From positions 3,210,386 through 3,274,385 of the forward strand of contig OY820932.1 in the NCBI GenBank assembly GCA_963682015.1: 64,000 bases of DNA, given 5' to 3'. The notes under the pieces were generated by a model. That model saw nothing but the letters and a program-made list of their open reading frames with translations, did no database searches and was not told where the DNA came from. The translations under genes were made by a program, and so were the position numbers. The DNA comes from Smithellaceae bacterium (GTDB lineage Bacteria > Desulfobacterota > Syntrophia > Syntrophales > Smithellaceae). This document shows positions 1 to 9,953 of the stretch, piece by piece (the first letter of the stretch is position 1; every line of letters begins with the position of its first letter).

Positions 1-1097
1 AAACCCGAACGCTGGCGGATAATATCAATTATCTGGTCGAAGAATTGAAAGATAAGATCCGGCTGGCCAACGAAGAAAAAAGTAAACTGATGACTGCGCT
101 CACCAGCATTAACGAAGGCGTGATGATTCTGAACAACGATGAGCGGATAGAATTCCTGAGCCCGCCGCTGGCCGGTGTTCTTACAGGACCATACGAAGAT
201 TACCTGGGCAAGACTCTTCTGGAAGCTTTTCGCAACGCAGAACTGCAGAAGGCGTTTCAAAGCTTCAAGCAGACGGGTCACAGTGTCTCCCGCGAAATTG
301 AGCTGGGAATGGCCGATTCAGTGATTATGAGCGTCAGCCTTTCGGAAGTTCAGGGCCTTCCGGGTGAAGAAAAAATCATGATCGTTTTTCACGATGTGAC
401 CAGGTTGAAAAAACTGGAACGCATCCGGACGGACTTTGTGGCCAACGTAACTCACGAAATCCGTACGCCGCTCACGGCCATTATCGGCTATCTGGAAACC
501 ATGCAGTCGGGTGCGCTGAACCATCCCGATGACGGCAGACGGTTTATCGACATTATGCTCAAACAGGCGCAGAGGCTTCATCGTCTGGTCGAAGATTTGA
601 TGACGATATCCAAAATCGAACTGGGGGAAGTGATTCTTCATTTTGAAGAAGTGTCGCTTCCCGAAGCGACGGACAACGTGGTTTCTCTGCTGGATGCCCG
701 GGCTGAGGCCAAAGCCATACGGATTCAAAACCGGTTTCCTCGGAATCTTTTACCGATCAAAGCGGATCGGGACCGGCTCAGCCAGGTACTGGTCAATGTA
801 ATGGATAACGCCGTCAAGTTTACGCCGGAGGGAGGTCTGATCACGATTGACGCCGCAGAAAAATCCGGGTTCGTGGTCGTAACGATAGGCGATACGGGGA
901 TCGGTATCCCCCGGGAAGAGATTCAACGCCTCGGCGAACGTTTTTACCGTGTTGATAAGACACGATCCCGCGAACTGGGAGGTACGGGTCTGGGCCTTTC
1001 CATCGTCAAGCATTTAATGATCGCGCACGGCGGAAAAATGGAAATTGAAAGTCGGCTGGGGCACGGCACAAAAGTCTCTTTATTTTTTCCGCGGTGA
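1..1097 (+). CDS. Sensor histidine kinase, PhoR-like, 5' end cut by window edge
   Basis: Frame 3 is open from nt 3 (TRTLADNINYLVEEL...), so the ORF-track start at 45 (TTG) is internal. A PAS-like segment is followed by the H-box FVANVTHEIRTPLTAIIGYLE and ATPase G-boxes GDTGIGIP / GGTGLGLSIVK. Confidence 0.85.
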   Translation, partial: TRTLADNINYLVEELKDKIRLANEEKSKLMTALTSINEGVMILNNDERIEFLSPPLAGVLTGPYEDYLGKTLLEAFRNAELQKAFQSFKQTGHSVSREIELGMADSVIMSVSLSEVQGLPGEEKIMIVFHDVTRLKKLERIRTDFVANVTHEIRTPLTAIIGYLETMQSGALNHPDDGRRFIDIMLKQAQRLHRLVEDLMTISKIELGEVILHFEEVSLPEATDNVVSLLDARAEAKAIRIQNRFPRNLLPIKADRDRLSQVLVNVMDNAVKFTPEGGLITIDAAEKSGFVVVTIGDTGIGIPREEIQRLGERFYRVDKTRSRELGGTGLGLSIVKHLMIAHGGKMEIESRLGHGTKVSLFFPR

Positions 1098-1255
1098 CCA
1101 TGTAATCCTCACAGGGATGGACTTGTCGCCGATAAAAGTTCCAATGATAAGAAAACACGATGGCCCAGAGAACGGTTTTAACCGACTCCTGCGTTTGAGG
1201 AGAAGACAAAAAGGTCCAGACCATCAAGATGGCATTTCAGGAGATGGCCCTTTGT

Positions 1256-2500
1256 TTATCGCGGGGCAACCTGCGCGATCCGGCCCGTCAGGCGCCATCG
1301 GACAAACCAGCCCGCTAAAAAAAGCGTTAGAAGCGCTTCGGCCGCCACGGTGGAAATCGCCGCACCGGCGGCGAAATATCTCGGGATGAGGATCAAATTC
1401 AATCCCACCTGGACAACCGCGCACAGCATGGCCGAGAAAGCATAATATTTTTCCCCGTTCAGGGCGACCAGGCCTTCGGCAAGGATGAAATTCGGAAGCA
1501 GAAAGAGCAGCGCACAAAGGAGAACAGGAAGAATATCCGCCGAAGCGACGTATGCTTTTCCGAAGATCAGAACGATGATCGTGGGAGCGAAAAGGATGCC
1601 CGCCGCCGTGATGAGGATCGCCACGGCGATAACCCCGATCATGCTCCGGCCGAATTTGCGCGAAAAGGCAGCTTTGTCGAGCCAGCTTTGGCGCAGATAA
1701 CGGAAAAGCAAGTCGGCGATGGGCGCGGCTAAAACCGTCACCCCGTCCAGGAGCTGGCAGGCAGCGCCGTAATGTCCGACGAGGGCCAGATCAGGCTGCA
1801 GGTGTTTGAGCAGAACGATTCCGCTTTTGAAACGGACGACCGTCGCGCTGCTGATGATCATGATGGCGAGACAGGGCTTCCACATGTGCCATGGAGGCAA
1901 CGTCAGTTTTGGCCGGAAGATATATTTTCTGCCGATTCCGGTCGTCATCAGCAGAAGCTGGCCGATGATGAATCCGAAGAAAACTTTTTCCGGCGACGGC
2001 GGCGTGAACCGGATCAGGATAAAGGCGGGAAGAATAAGGAAGGTGTAAGCCTGAAAACGCCAGAGCGCCTCCCTGGTAAAAAAGCCTTCGCCTTTGAGGA
2101 GGGAGGAGACCATATTGGTCAAACACCGGCCGGCAAGATAGATAAAAGCGAGAATAAAAGCGGTTTTGTAAGCCGTCGCGGACAGAAGAATAACGGCCGA
2201 TCCCAGCAGCGTAACCAGTGCCACGTAACTGAAATATCCGGCGGCAAGCGCATCGGCGGTCAGGCCTGATGGTTCGGACGGCGCGACTTTTTCACGAAAC
2301 AGAATGACCTGGAACCCGCCGTCCTGAAGGATGGCGAACAAAGAGGCGATGGCCTGGATGTAGAGAAAAATCGCCAGCGAGGAGGGGCCCAGGCTCCGGG
2401 CGAGAAAGACCAGAAATATAAACATCACCGCCGCTCCGTAAGCTACGGAAAGCCACTGGCTGCCGATCATTCTGAAAAGTGACGGACGTGAATCATGCAT
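1256..2500 (-). CDS. Polysaccharide flippase-like (Wzx/MOP-type) polytopic membrane protein
   Basis: 414 aa, hydrophobic helices along the entire length. It is divergent from a sugar-nucleotide/glycosyltransferase operon. Assignment rests on architecture and context only. Confidence 0.6.
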   Translation of the reverse strand: MHDSRPSLFRMIGSQWLSVAYGAAVMFIFLVFLARSLGPSSLAIFLYIQAIASLFAILQDGGFQVILFREKVAPSEPSGLTADALAAGYFSYVALVTLLGSAVILLSATAYKTAFILAFIYLAGRCLTNMVSSLLKGEGFFTREALWRFQAYTFLILPAFILIRFTPPSPEKVFFGFIIGQLLLMTTGIGRKYIFRPKLTLPPWHMWKPCLAIMIISSATVVRFKSGIVLLKHLQPDLALVGHYGAACQLLDGVTVLAAPIADLLFRYLRQSWLDKAAFSRKFGRSMIGVIAVAILITAAGILFAPTIIVLIFGKAYVASADILPVLLCALLFLLPNFILAEGLVALNGEKYYAFSAMLCAVVQVGLNLILIPRYFAAGAAISTVAAEALLTLFLAGWFVRWRLTGRIAQVAPR

Positions 2501-2658
2501 TCGGACGGTCCTTTTTTGCGCACGGGAAGACTATTCAGGCCAAACCGACGTTTTTGTATCACAGGTGGAGGGAGAGTTCAGTTCTTTTTTGTTTTTTCAG
2601 CATCGGCACGTCTGCGGTGCCGAAGGACGCTGACGGGAAAACGCGTAATCAGTATTTC

Positions 2659-2687
2659 ATTGACATCTCACGCCATGCTTATTATAA
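2659..2687 (+). promoter_or_regulatory. sigma-70-like promoter candidate for the sugar operon
   Basis: TTGACA (2659-2664), 17-nt spacer, TATAAG (2682-2687), about 100 nt upstream of ATG 2789. Confidence 0.35.
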
Positions 2688-2788
2688 GCCGATCGGGTAT
2701 GATGCTCAATTGCATCTACTGTTTGCATTGTCTCTATAAAGCTTGAAACACATATCCATGGAATGAAGCATACAGGGCCGTTCAAAAA

Positions 2789-3775
2789 ATGGATTCCGGC
2801 ATCTTTCATCATAAAAAAATTCTGATTACCGGCGGGGCCGGCTATCTCGCGACGAATCTGATTGCGCAACTGCGTGAAACGGATTGTCTTGTTGTCCGGG
2901 TGGATCGCCCTGGCGTGCAACGGATTGCATTTGCCGGAAAGATTACCCTCCGGGATATTGAAGCCGACATCCGCGACGGCGCGGCATGGGAAGGGTGGCT
3001 TGACGGTGTGGATATGGTTTTCCATTTTGCCGCGCAAACAAGCGTGTATGTCGCCAGGCAGGATCCTCAGGCGGATCTGGCCGCCAATGTCCTCCCCATG
3101 TTGCATCTCCTGACAGCATGCAGGAAAAATAAATATTCTCCAATCGTCTTATTTTCGGGGACGGTTACCCAGGCCGGTTTGACAAACGTCCTGCCGGTGA
3201 ATGAGGATTATCCCGACCGTCCCGTGACGGTTTATGATCTTCATAAAGGCATGGCGGAAAGCTACCTGAAGCATTACACGCAAAATGGAATAGTAAAAGG
3301 GGCGGTCCTGAGGCTGTCGAATGTTTACGGTCCCGGACCGGTCAGTGGCAGCGCCGACCGCGGCGTGCTCAACAGCATGATACGGAAGGCTATCCGGGGA
3401 GAGGCGCTGACGGTATACGGCGACGGCGGATATCTGCGCGACTATGTGTTTATTGAAGACGTGTCGCAGGCCTTCCTGAGTGCGGCGGCATGTATTGACA
3501 ATCTTGTTGGCGGGCACTTTGTGATCGGCAGCGGTCAGGGGTACACCATCCGGCAGGCAGCCAATTTGGTGGCTGGAAGAACGTTCATCAAGGCCGGCGT
3601 ACGCGTTTCCGTCGTTACCGTTGATCCTCCGCCGGAGCTTTCATTGATTGAAACCCGCAATTTTGTCGCCGACGCCTCGCGTTTCGCATCATTAACCGGC
3701 TGGAAGGCGAAATGGACATTGACGGAAGGTCTTGACGCCAGCATCGCAGCGCTGATGGCCCGGGAGGAACAATAA
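2789..3775 (+). CDS. NAD(P)-dependent extended SDR, NDP-sugar epimerase / 4-ketoreductase candidate (EvaE-like role)
   Basis: Rossmann motif ITGGAGYLATNL and catalytic YDLHK (YxxxK). It lacks the TDEVYG-type signature of RmlB 4,6-dehydratases. First gene of the sugar operon. Confidence 0.75.
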   Translation: MDSGIFHHKKILITGGAGYLATNLIAQLRETDCLVVRVDRPGVQRIAFAGKITLRDIEADIRDGAAWEGWLDGVDMVFHFAAQTSVYVARQDPQADLAANVLPMLHLLTACRKNKYSPIVLFSGTVTQAGLTNVLPVNEDYPDRPVTVYDLHKGMAESYLKHYTQNGIVKGAVLRLSNVYGPGPVSGSADRGVLNSMIRKAIRGEALTVYGDGGYLRDYVFIEDVSQAFLSAAACIDNLVGGHFVIGSGQGYTIRQAANLVAGRTFIKAGVRVSVVTVDPPPELSLIETRNFVADASRFASLTGWKAKWTLTEGLDASIAALMAREEQ

Positions 3776-3779
3776 GCGG

Positions 3780-4961
3780 ATGAAAAAGCCATTTCTGGAT
3801 CTGAGCATGCAGCCGGTCACCAACGCGTATTTATCCGCCGGGGAAATCGCAGGTGAATTTCTCTATCCTTTGTCGATTGGTTTTGATGAAGAAACAAAGC
3901 TCGTTTCATTAATGGAATTTGTCAAGCCGCAGATGATGTTCAATGATACCTATGCTCACCGGGCGTCCATGTCGGCGACCATGCGAGAGTCATTTAAGGA
4001 GATTGCCTTATCCATAAAAAGGACATTCCGGCCTGCGGGAATCCTGGAAATCGGCAGCAATGACGGCGTTTTTATAAGACATTTCGACAAAGAGGAAGCC
4101 GTTGCCATAGAACCCTGCGGGAACCTGGCTGAAATCACCGAGACGATGGGATATAAAACCTATCCGGTATTCTGGAACAGGGAAACGGCCGGACACATTG
4201 TTGCCCGTCACGGGAAAATGGATGTGGTGTATGCCGCCAATACCATTTGCCATATCGAGGACTTGAAAGAGGTATTTGATGCCGTGTCTATGGTCCTGAA
4301 CGATTCCGGCGTTTTGATCTTTGAAGATCCTTCTTTGTATCATGTTTTGGAAAATACATCCTATGATCAGTTTTATGATGAACATGCGCATGTCTTTTCC
4401 GTCATTGCCTTAAAGAATATTCTCGGTAAAAGCCATTTTGAAATATTCCGCGTGGAAAATCTTTCCACCCATGGAGGGTCCAACCGCATTTATGCAAAAA
4501 AGATCTCAAACCCTTCCCGTGCGATAGACGAAAGTGTTCAGGCCAGTATTCAAAAAGAACTGGATGCTGAAATGGATAGAATAACCGCCTATGAATATTT
4601 TGCCGCGAGAGTGATGAAATCAAAAGAAGACCTCGTCGCATTGCTGACGGATATCAAACGGCAGGGGAAAAAAATTATCAGTTACGGGGCGACTTATAAA
4701 TCCGCGACCATTTTTAATTATTGCCGGATCGGGACCGGTCTGATCGATTACATTACGGATACGACCCCGAATAAACAGGGCAAACTGTCTCCCGGTATGC
4801 ATATCCCCATTGTGGCTCCCGAACAGGGATTTAATGACAGTGTGGACTATGCGTTCCTGGGTGCGTGGAACTTTTCTAAGGAAATTATGAACCGGGAAAA
4901 ATCATTTATTGAAAAAGGCGGAAAATTCATCACGCATGTTCCCTGTGTGAAAGTTTTATAG
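3780..4961 (+). CDS. SAM-dependent NDP-hexose C-methyltransferase (TylC3/EvaC-like)
   Basis: The N-terminal LDLSMQPVTNAYL box, SAM motif I ILEIGSNDGVF and a long C-terminal domain are typical of sugar C-methyltransferases. The N-terminal Cys zinc ribbon seen in many homologues is absent. Confidence 0.7.
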   Translation: MKKPFLDLSMQPVTNAYLSAGEIAGEFLYPLSIGFDEETKLVSLMEFVKPQMMFNDTYAHRASMSATMRESFKEIALSIKRTFRPAGILEIGSNDGVFIRHFDKEEAVAIEPCGNLAEITETMGYKTYPVFWNRETAGHIVARHGKMDVVYAANTICHIEDLKEVFDAVSMVLNDSGVLIFEDPSLYHVLENTSYDQFYDEHAHVFSVIALKNILGKSHFEIFRVENLSTHGGSNRIYAKKISNPSRAIDESVQASIQKELDAEMDRITAYEYFAARVMKSKEDLVALLTDIKRQGKKIISYGATYKSATIFNYCRIGTGLIDYITDTTPNKQGKLSPGMHIPIVAPEQGFNDSVDYAFLGAWNFSKEIMNREKSFIEKGGKFITHVPCVKVL

Positions 4962-4973
4962 GAGAGTAAGTTT

Positions 4974-5402
4974 ATGATCGAGCATCTGGTGAAGGAACAC
5001 AAAATTAAATTTCATGAAGACGATAGGGCGCAAAGAATTCAGGATGTGTATCAAGCGGGCATGTCCGACGCCCAGATCAATATCTCCCATATTCATTCTC
5101 CGGACCATATCATCGGCTGGCATTGCCACACCAAACAGACGGAATACTGGTTTGTGATTAAAGGCGCCTTGCAGGTCGGGCTTGCGCTGCCCGCGGAAAG
5201 CGGCAACAGCCCTGAAGTGAAATTTGAATATTTATCGGAGAAAAATCCCCGGACGCTGGAAATCCCGCCAGGCGTTCATCACGGATACAGGGCTTTAATT
5301 CCGGGCACCATTCTGATGTACTATATCACCGAAAAATATGAAAAGGTTTCCAAATATGACGACATCCGAACGCCGATAGGCGGTTTTAACGAGCAATGGT
5401 AA
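4974..5402 (+). CDS. RmlC-like cupin, NDP-4-keto-6-deoxyhexose 3,5(5)-epimerase family (short form)
   Basis: 142 aa with GWHCHTKQTEYWFVIKGALQV ... IPPGVHHGYRAL ... YYITEKY, matching the RmlC/EvaD beta-roll core. The N-terminus is shorter than in classical RmlC. Confidence 0.6.
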   Translation: MIEHLVKEHKIKFHEDDRAQRIQDVYQAGMSDAQINISHIHSPDHIIGWHCHTKQTEYWFVIKGALQVGLALPAESGNSPEVKFEYLSEKNPRTLEIPPGVHHGYRALIPGTILMYYITEKYEKVSKYDDIRTPIGGFNEQW

Positions 5403-5409
5403 GCGGCCC

Positions 5410-6699
5410 ATGACCCAATCAGCGGCAAATATCGAACCGATCATGACCTGGATGAGAGAAAGACAAAGCAGCGCGTCTTTTGAAGTCAAAGAAATTCCGC
5501 TGTCTGCGCTGGACGAATGGCATTATGATGACCAACAGGGAAGCCTGGTGCACCGTTCCGGAAAGTTTTTCAGCGTCAGAGGCATCGAAGTCGAAACCGA
5601 TTTCGGCTCCGTCTCTAAATGGAGACAGCCCATCATCAATCAGCCGGAAATAGGGATCCTGGGCCTTCTGTCCAGAAGGATTGACGGTAGACGACAGTAT
5701 CTGATGCAGGCGAAGATGGAGCCGGGAAACATCAATATCCTTCAGCTTTCACCGACCGTTCAGGCGACCCAAAGCAATTATTCGCGGGTTCATCGGGGGA
5801 AAAAGACAAACTATCTTGAATATTTCAATCATTCGTCGGGTTCCCGGGTGCTCATGGACAAACTGCAATATGAACAGGGCGGGCGGTTTTACCGGAAATT
5901 AAACAGGAACATTCTGATGGATATTCAAGACGACATTCCTGTTCTTGATGATTACTATTGGATGTCTTCGGCGCAAATCGCCTTACTTTTGAACATGAGC
6001 AATATTGTCAATATGGACAGCCGGTCGGTTCTGTCCTGCATGCTGAAGAAAGACAAAAAGGACTATCCGGTCAATACGGACCATCATATTTCAGCCTGGC
6101 TGTCCGCGATGAAAAACCGTCATCATCTGGAAACAAAATGGGTAGCCCTGGATAAACTGGAAGACTGGCATTTTCGCGATCATCATATTCAACACAGAGA
6201 TGAAAAGTATTTCACCGTTGTCGGCATAGAAACCAGAGCCAGCAACCGGGAGGTACAAAGCTGGAGGCAACCCATCTTTAAAGAAACCAACATCGGGTTG
6301 ACCGGCTTGATCATCAAAGAAATCAATCAAACGCCCCATTATCTAATGCAGGTCGTGCTGGAAGCGGGAAAAACGTCCGTTAAGCTGGCGCCGACGGTTC
6401 AGTGTTCGGACTATAAGAATAAAAGCGGGTCCGTTCCGTACATCGACCGTCTGTTGCATGACGGGGAAATTTTATATGACCAAATCCAGTCCGAAGAGGG
6501 AGGACGGTTTTATCATTTTCAAAACAGGAATATGGTGGTTAAAATAAAAGATGATCTGCAAGCTGAAGATCATTTTATATGGGTCACGCATAATAAGATC
6601 GTGGACTTGATCGATCAGGGGCATTTAAATATCGAAGCCAGGACGCTGATGGCCTGCTGGAACGCTTTAAACAATCATGGCGGATATCAATATGATTAA
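5410..6699 (+). CDS. NDP-hexose 2,3-dehydratase (EvaA/TylX3 family)
   Basis: Internal duplication characteristic of the family: WRQPIINQPEIGILGLL...LMQAKMEPGN...LSPTVQAT...EQGGRFY and WRQPIFKETNIGLTGLI...LMQVVLEAGK...LAPTVQCS...EEGGRFY. Confidence 0.85.
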   Translation: MTQSAANIEPIMTWMRERQSSASFEVKEIPLSALDEWHYDDQQGSLVHRSGKFFSVRGIEVETDFGSVSKWRQPIINQPEIGILGLLSRRIDGRRQYLMQAKMEPGNINILQLSPTVQATQSNYSRVHRGKKTNYLEYFNHSSGSRVLMDKLQYEQGGRFYRKLNRNILMDIQDDIPVLDDYYWMSSAQIALLLNMSNIVNMDSRSVLSCMLKKDKKDYPVNTDHHISAWLSAMKNRHHLETKWVALDKLEDWHFRDHHIQHRDEKYFTVVGIETRASNREVQSWRQPIFKETNIGLTGLIIKEINQTPHYLMQVVLEAGKTSVKLAPTVQCSDYKNKSGSVPYIDRLLHDGEILYDQIQSEEGGRFYHFQNRNMVVKIKDDLQAEDHFIWVTHNKIVDLIDQGHLNIEARTLMACWNALNNHGGYQYD

Positions 6700-7831
6700 A
6701 GTTTGGGATTATCTGGAAGAATATCATCTGCTGAGGGATGAAATCCTGAAAGCCGTTGACGGCGTTTTTAAAGGCGGCACGCTTGTTTTCGGACCGCGAG
6801 TCCGGGAATTTGAAGAAAAGTTTTCCGCCTATTGCGACTGCAAATATGGGATAGGGGTTGGAAACTGCACCGATGCGCTCTACATCGCCTTGAAAGCCCT
6901 GGGGATTGGACAGGGAGATGAAGTCATTACGGTTTCCAATACGGCCGTGCCGACGGTTGCCGCTATTGCCGGCGCGGGCGCCACGCCGGTGTTTGTAGAT
7001 ATCGACCCATATTCCCTGATGGATGTCAGCCTGCTGGAAAAGAGAGTAACGGAAAAAACCAAAGCTATCATCCCGGTTCATCTGTTCGGGCAAACCTGCG
7101 ATATGGACCCCATTGTGAAAATCGCGAAAAAATATTCGCTGAAAGTCATTGAAGACTGCGCTCAATCCCACGGCGCGCTGTACAAAGGGAAAAAGGCGGG
7201 GTCCATGGGGGATGTGGGGTGCTTTTCATTTTATCCGACCAAAATATTCGGCGCGTATGGCGACGGCGGTTTTATTTCGACCAATAACGAAGAGCTGCAT
7301 GACAAAATGAACCGGCTGAGGTTTTTTGGCATGGAAAGAAAAACCATGTCCACCGGGCATTGGAACGGAAAATATTATTCCCTTGACCATGGACCCGATA
7401 CCGTCAATTCCCGTCTGGATGAAGTTCACGCGGCCATCCTGCTTGTCAAACTGCCTCATCTGGATCAATGGATTGACCGGCGCAGAGAAATCGCCCGGAG
7501 ATACCAACAGGAATTTTCGGGAACCCGGCTCGAACTGCCGGAAGAAGCCCCCTGGAACCGTCACGGATATTATATTTATGTTGTCGCTCATCCGGACAGA
7601 GATTCAATCATGCGGGGACTGATTGAAAACGACATTCATCTCAATATCAGCTATCCCTGGCCCGTCCATATCATGGAAGGCTATCAATATCTCGGATGGA
7701 AAGAAGGAGACCTTCCCGTTACGGAACATAGAGCAAACAGGATATTTTCGCTTCCGATGTATCCGATGCTGACCGATGAAAAAATACAAACGGTCGTTGA
7801 TGTCTTAAAGAAGCTGCTGAAAAAATACTAA
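6692..7831 (+). CDS. DegT/DnrJ/EryC1/StrS-family PLP-dependent sugar aminotransferase
   Basis: Shows NCTDALYIAL, HLFGQ and the Schiff-base lysine context FSFYPTKIFGAYGDGG. The ORF opens at 6677, but ATG 6692 (MIKVWDYLEEY) overlaps the upstream stop (ATGATTAA) and is the likelier start. Confidence 0.9.
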   Translation: MIKVWDYLEEYHLLRDEILKAVDGVFKGGTLVFGPRVREFEEKFSAYCDCKYGIGVGNCTDALYIALKALGIGQGDEVITVSNTAVPTVAAIAGAGATPVFVDIDPYSLMDVSLLEKRVTEKTKAIIPVHLFGQTCDMDPIVKIAKKYSLKVIEDCAQSHGALYKGKKAGSMGDVGCFSFYPTKIFGAYGDGGFISTNNEELHDKMNRLRFFGMERKTMSTGHWNGKYYSLDHGPDTVNSRLDEVHAAILLVKLPHLDQWIDRRREIARRYQQEFSGTRLELPEEAPWNRHGYYIYVVAHPDRDSIMRGLIENDIHLNISYPWPVHIMEGYQYLGWKEGDLPVTEHRANRIFSLPMYPMLTDEKIQTVVDVLKKLLKKY

Positions 7832-7881
7832 TGAATAAAATGATTTTGAGTTTGCATATTTGATAAGCCCCGGTCGCCCGA

Positions 7882-8982
7882 ATGTCAAAAGACAGAGAAT
7901 ATCAGAAAACCGCGTCAACACCTTTTTTTTCAATAGGTATCACAACCTATGACAGGGTTGATATGCTCATTGACGCCATCAATTCCGTTCTGGGTCAGAC
8001 CTTCCATGACTATGAAGTCATGGTTTCCAATGACAATCCCGCAAGAACCTTGACCGGCGAAACTTTAGGCATTCATGATCCCCGGGTCGTCTTTATCAAC
8101 CAGACACATAATCTCGGCGAATTCCATAACATGGATTATTTATTGAAAGCCAGCCGGGGCGCCTATTTTACCTGGCTGGCGGACGATGATTATTATGCAC
8201 CCGGTTTCCTTCAAAACGTTTATGAAGCTCTGCGAGCAAGCGCCGATGCGCCGCCCTGCGTACTGACATCCTTTAAAATCAGTTACCGCAATCCGCGCTC
8301 TTTGCAGCATGGTGAAAAGGAAATTAAAAAGAAAAAAGTTCTGGTTTACAGCGGGCGGCGGTTTTTACAGGATTACTGGCAGGGCCGGATCAAAGTGATC
8401 GGCACAACGGGTTTTTTTACAAAACAATTTCTTATGGACAGCGGCGGTTTTAAAAAATTGACCCATCTGCCGATTGCGATTTTCAGTGAATATTTATTGA
8501 TCATGCAGATCAGTCTTCTGGAAAAAGTGCTGGTGATCGACGCCCCTTTAATCTGCCTGAGGGTGCATGACGGGTCGTGGTCGGAAAGCAACAGGGATTA
8601 TCAGTCGTCCCGGACGGCGGGTATAAACTTCTTGAAAGCGAGCATGGAAATCTTTCAATCCCCTCTGGCGGAGGAATATGATTACCGGAAAAATGTAACC
8701 GGCGCCATCAAGCTGATTCTGAAGACGGCAGCCCATACCAGCGCCAGAAGAAAAAACATCGTCATCGCCCTTTCGAATTTTTCATATTTAAGAGCTCTGA
8801 AGCCTTTGATCTGGGCGCTCAGGGGATCCGAATTCTTCCATCAGGCCGTCCGAAGTTACTTTTTCGCGTCAATGTGGTTCCTTCTGTATTTTCCGCGAGT
8901 CCTGCTGGTTACCGTCATGCCCGATTCCGTAAAGACTCGTGTCAGCAAAATGCGTTACGCCCTGCGTAGCAGGATGGCCTGA
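7882..8982 (+). CDS. Family-2 glycosyltransferase
   Basis: N-terminal FFSIGITTYDRVDMLIDAINSVLGQTFHDYEVMVSNDN and the acidic WLADDDYY motif (DxD). Confidence 0.8.
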   Translation: MSKDREYQKTASTPFFSIGITTYDRVDMLIDAINSVLGQTFHDYEVMVSNDNPARTLTGETLGIHDPRVVFINQTHNLGEFHNMDYLLKASRGAYFTWLADDDYYAPGFLQNVYEALRASADAPPCVLTSFKISYRNPRSLQHGEKEIKKKKVLVYSGRRFLQDYWQGRIKVIGTTGFFTKQFLMDSGGFKKLTHLPIAIFSEYLLIMQISLLEKVLVIDAPLICLRVHDGSWSESNRDYQSSRTAGINFLKASMEIFQSPLAEEYDYRKNVTGAIKLILKTAAHTSARRKNIVIALSNFSYLRALKPLIWALRGSEFFHQAVRSYFFASMWFLLYFPRVLLVTVMPDSVKTRVSKMRYALRSRMA

Positions 8983-9104
8983 AAGGATAACGCACGTCGT
9001 ATGGATTCACGAAAAAAAGTAACGATCCGCTGTATAAAGGCACAGGTCTTGGGACAGGCAAAAAGTCTCTTTATTTTTCCATTGTCGGAAAGTATAATAA
9101 AAAC

Positions 9105-9929
9105 ATGGAAAGTCAAATAGCTCAGGCCATCAAATTCAAATATCGGTTGGTTGCGCTTTTATGGTCCGATGAAAAGCCCGAAGGCGCTATGCAGTTTTCC
9201 GAAGGCAAATGGGGATGCGTCATGTGGCTGGTCGTTTCGGCAGCCAAGGGAAAACCGGCCGTGGCCGACGTCAAAACCTTCGGCTGTGTCGGCGGCGGTG
9301 TAGGGCTTGGATTCGGTAACCAGTATCTCAACTTTCCCGGCGGAGAAGAGGGATTCTGTTACTTCCTGTCTTCAGGAAATGCCGGCCGGTCCGGCGGTGC
9401 GGAACTGGCCGAGCAGATCAAGCCCTTCATGACCAGGGAAAGCCATGATAATTTTCTCCACGGCGAACGCTATATCCGGAATCCCGACGGTGTTCGAAAG
9501 TTTATCAGTTCTCTTCCGCTTACGGACATTCCCGCAAAATATGCTGTCTTCAAACCGCTTGACGCCGTTGATTTATCCAGGGAAAGACCGCAGACGGTTA
9601 TTTTCTTTGCCAATCCCGATCAGCTTTCCGCACTTACGGTGCTGGCTAATTATGGCCGCGGTGACAATGAAAACGTGGTCATGCCTTATGCCGCCGGTTG
9701 CCAGACGATCGGCATTTATCCTTACAGGGAAGCGAGGTCGGACCGGCCCCGCGCCGTGGTGGGATTAACCGATCTGTCCGCCCGCCTCTATGTCCGCAAA
9801 CAACTTGGCGAATCCCATTTTCTGACCTTTGCCGTTCCTTTTGCCTTGTTTGAAGAAATGGAAAAGAATGTTTCCGGATCCTTTCTTGAACGGCATACCT
9901 GGCAGGGATTACTCAAGACGGAAGATTAA
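9105..9929 (+). CDS. DUF169-family protein (function unknown)
   Basis: 274 aa. The N-terminal pattern LVALLWSDEKPEGA...KWGCVMW and the size fit DUF169 (COG2043) as I remember it. Not verifiable here. Confidence 0.5.
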   Translation: MESQIAQAIKFKYRLVALLWSDEKPEGAMQFSEGKWGCVMWLVVSAAKGKPAVADVKTFGCVGGGVGLGFGNQYLNFPGGEEGFCYFLSSGNAGRSGGAELAEQIKPFMTRESHDNFLHGERYIRNPDGVRKFISSLPLTDIPAKYAVFKPLDAVDLSRERPQTVIFFANPDQLSALTVLANYGRGDNENVVMPYAAGCQTIGIYPYREARSDRPRAVVGLTDLSARLYVRKQLGESHFLTFAVPFALFEEMEKNVSGSFLERHTWQGLLKTED

Positions 9930-9953
9930 AAATAACGGAAAAGGGAATGTCTT

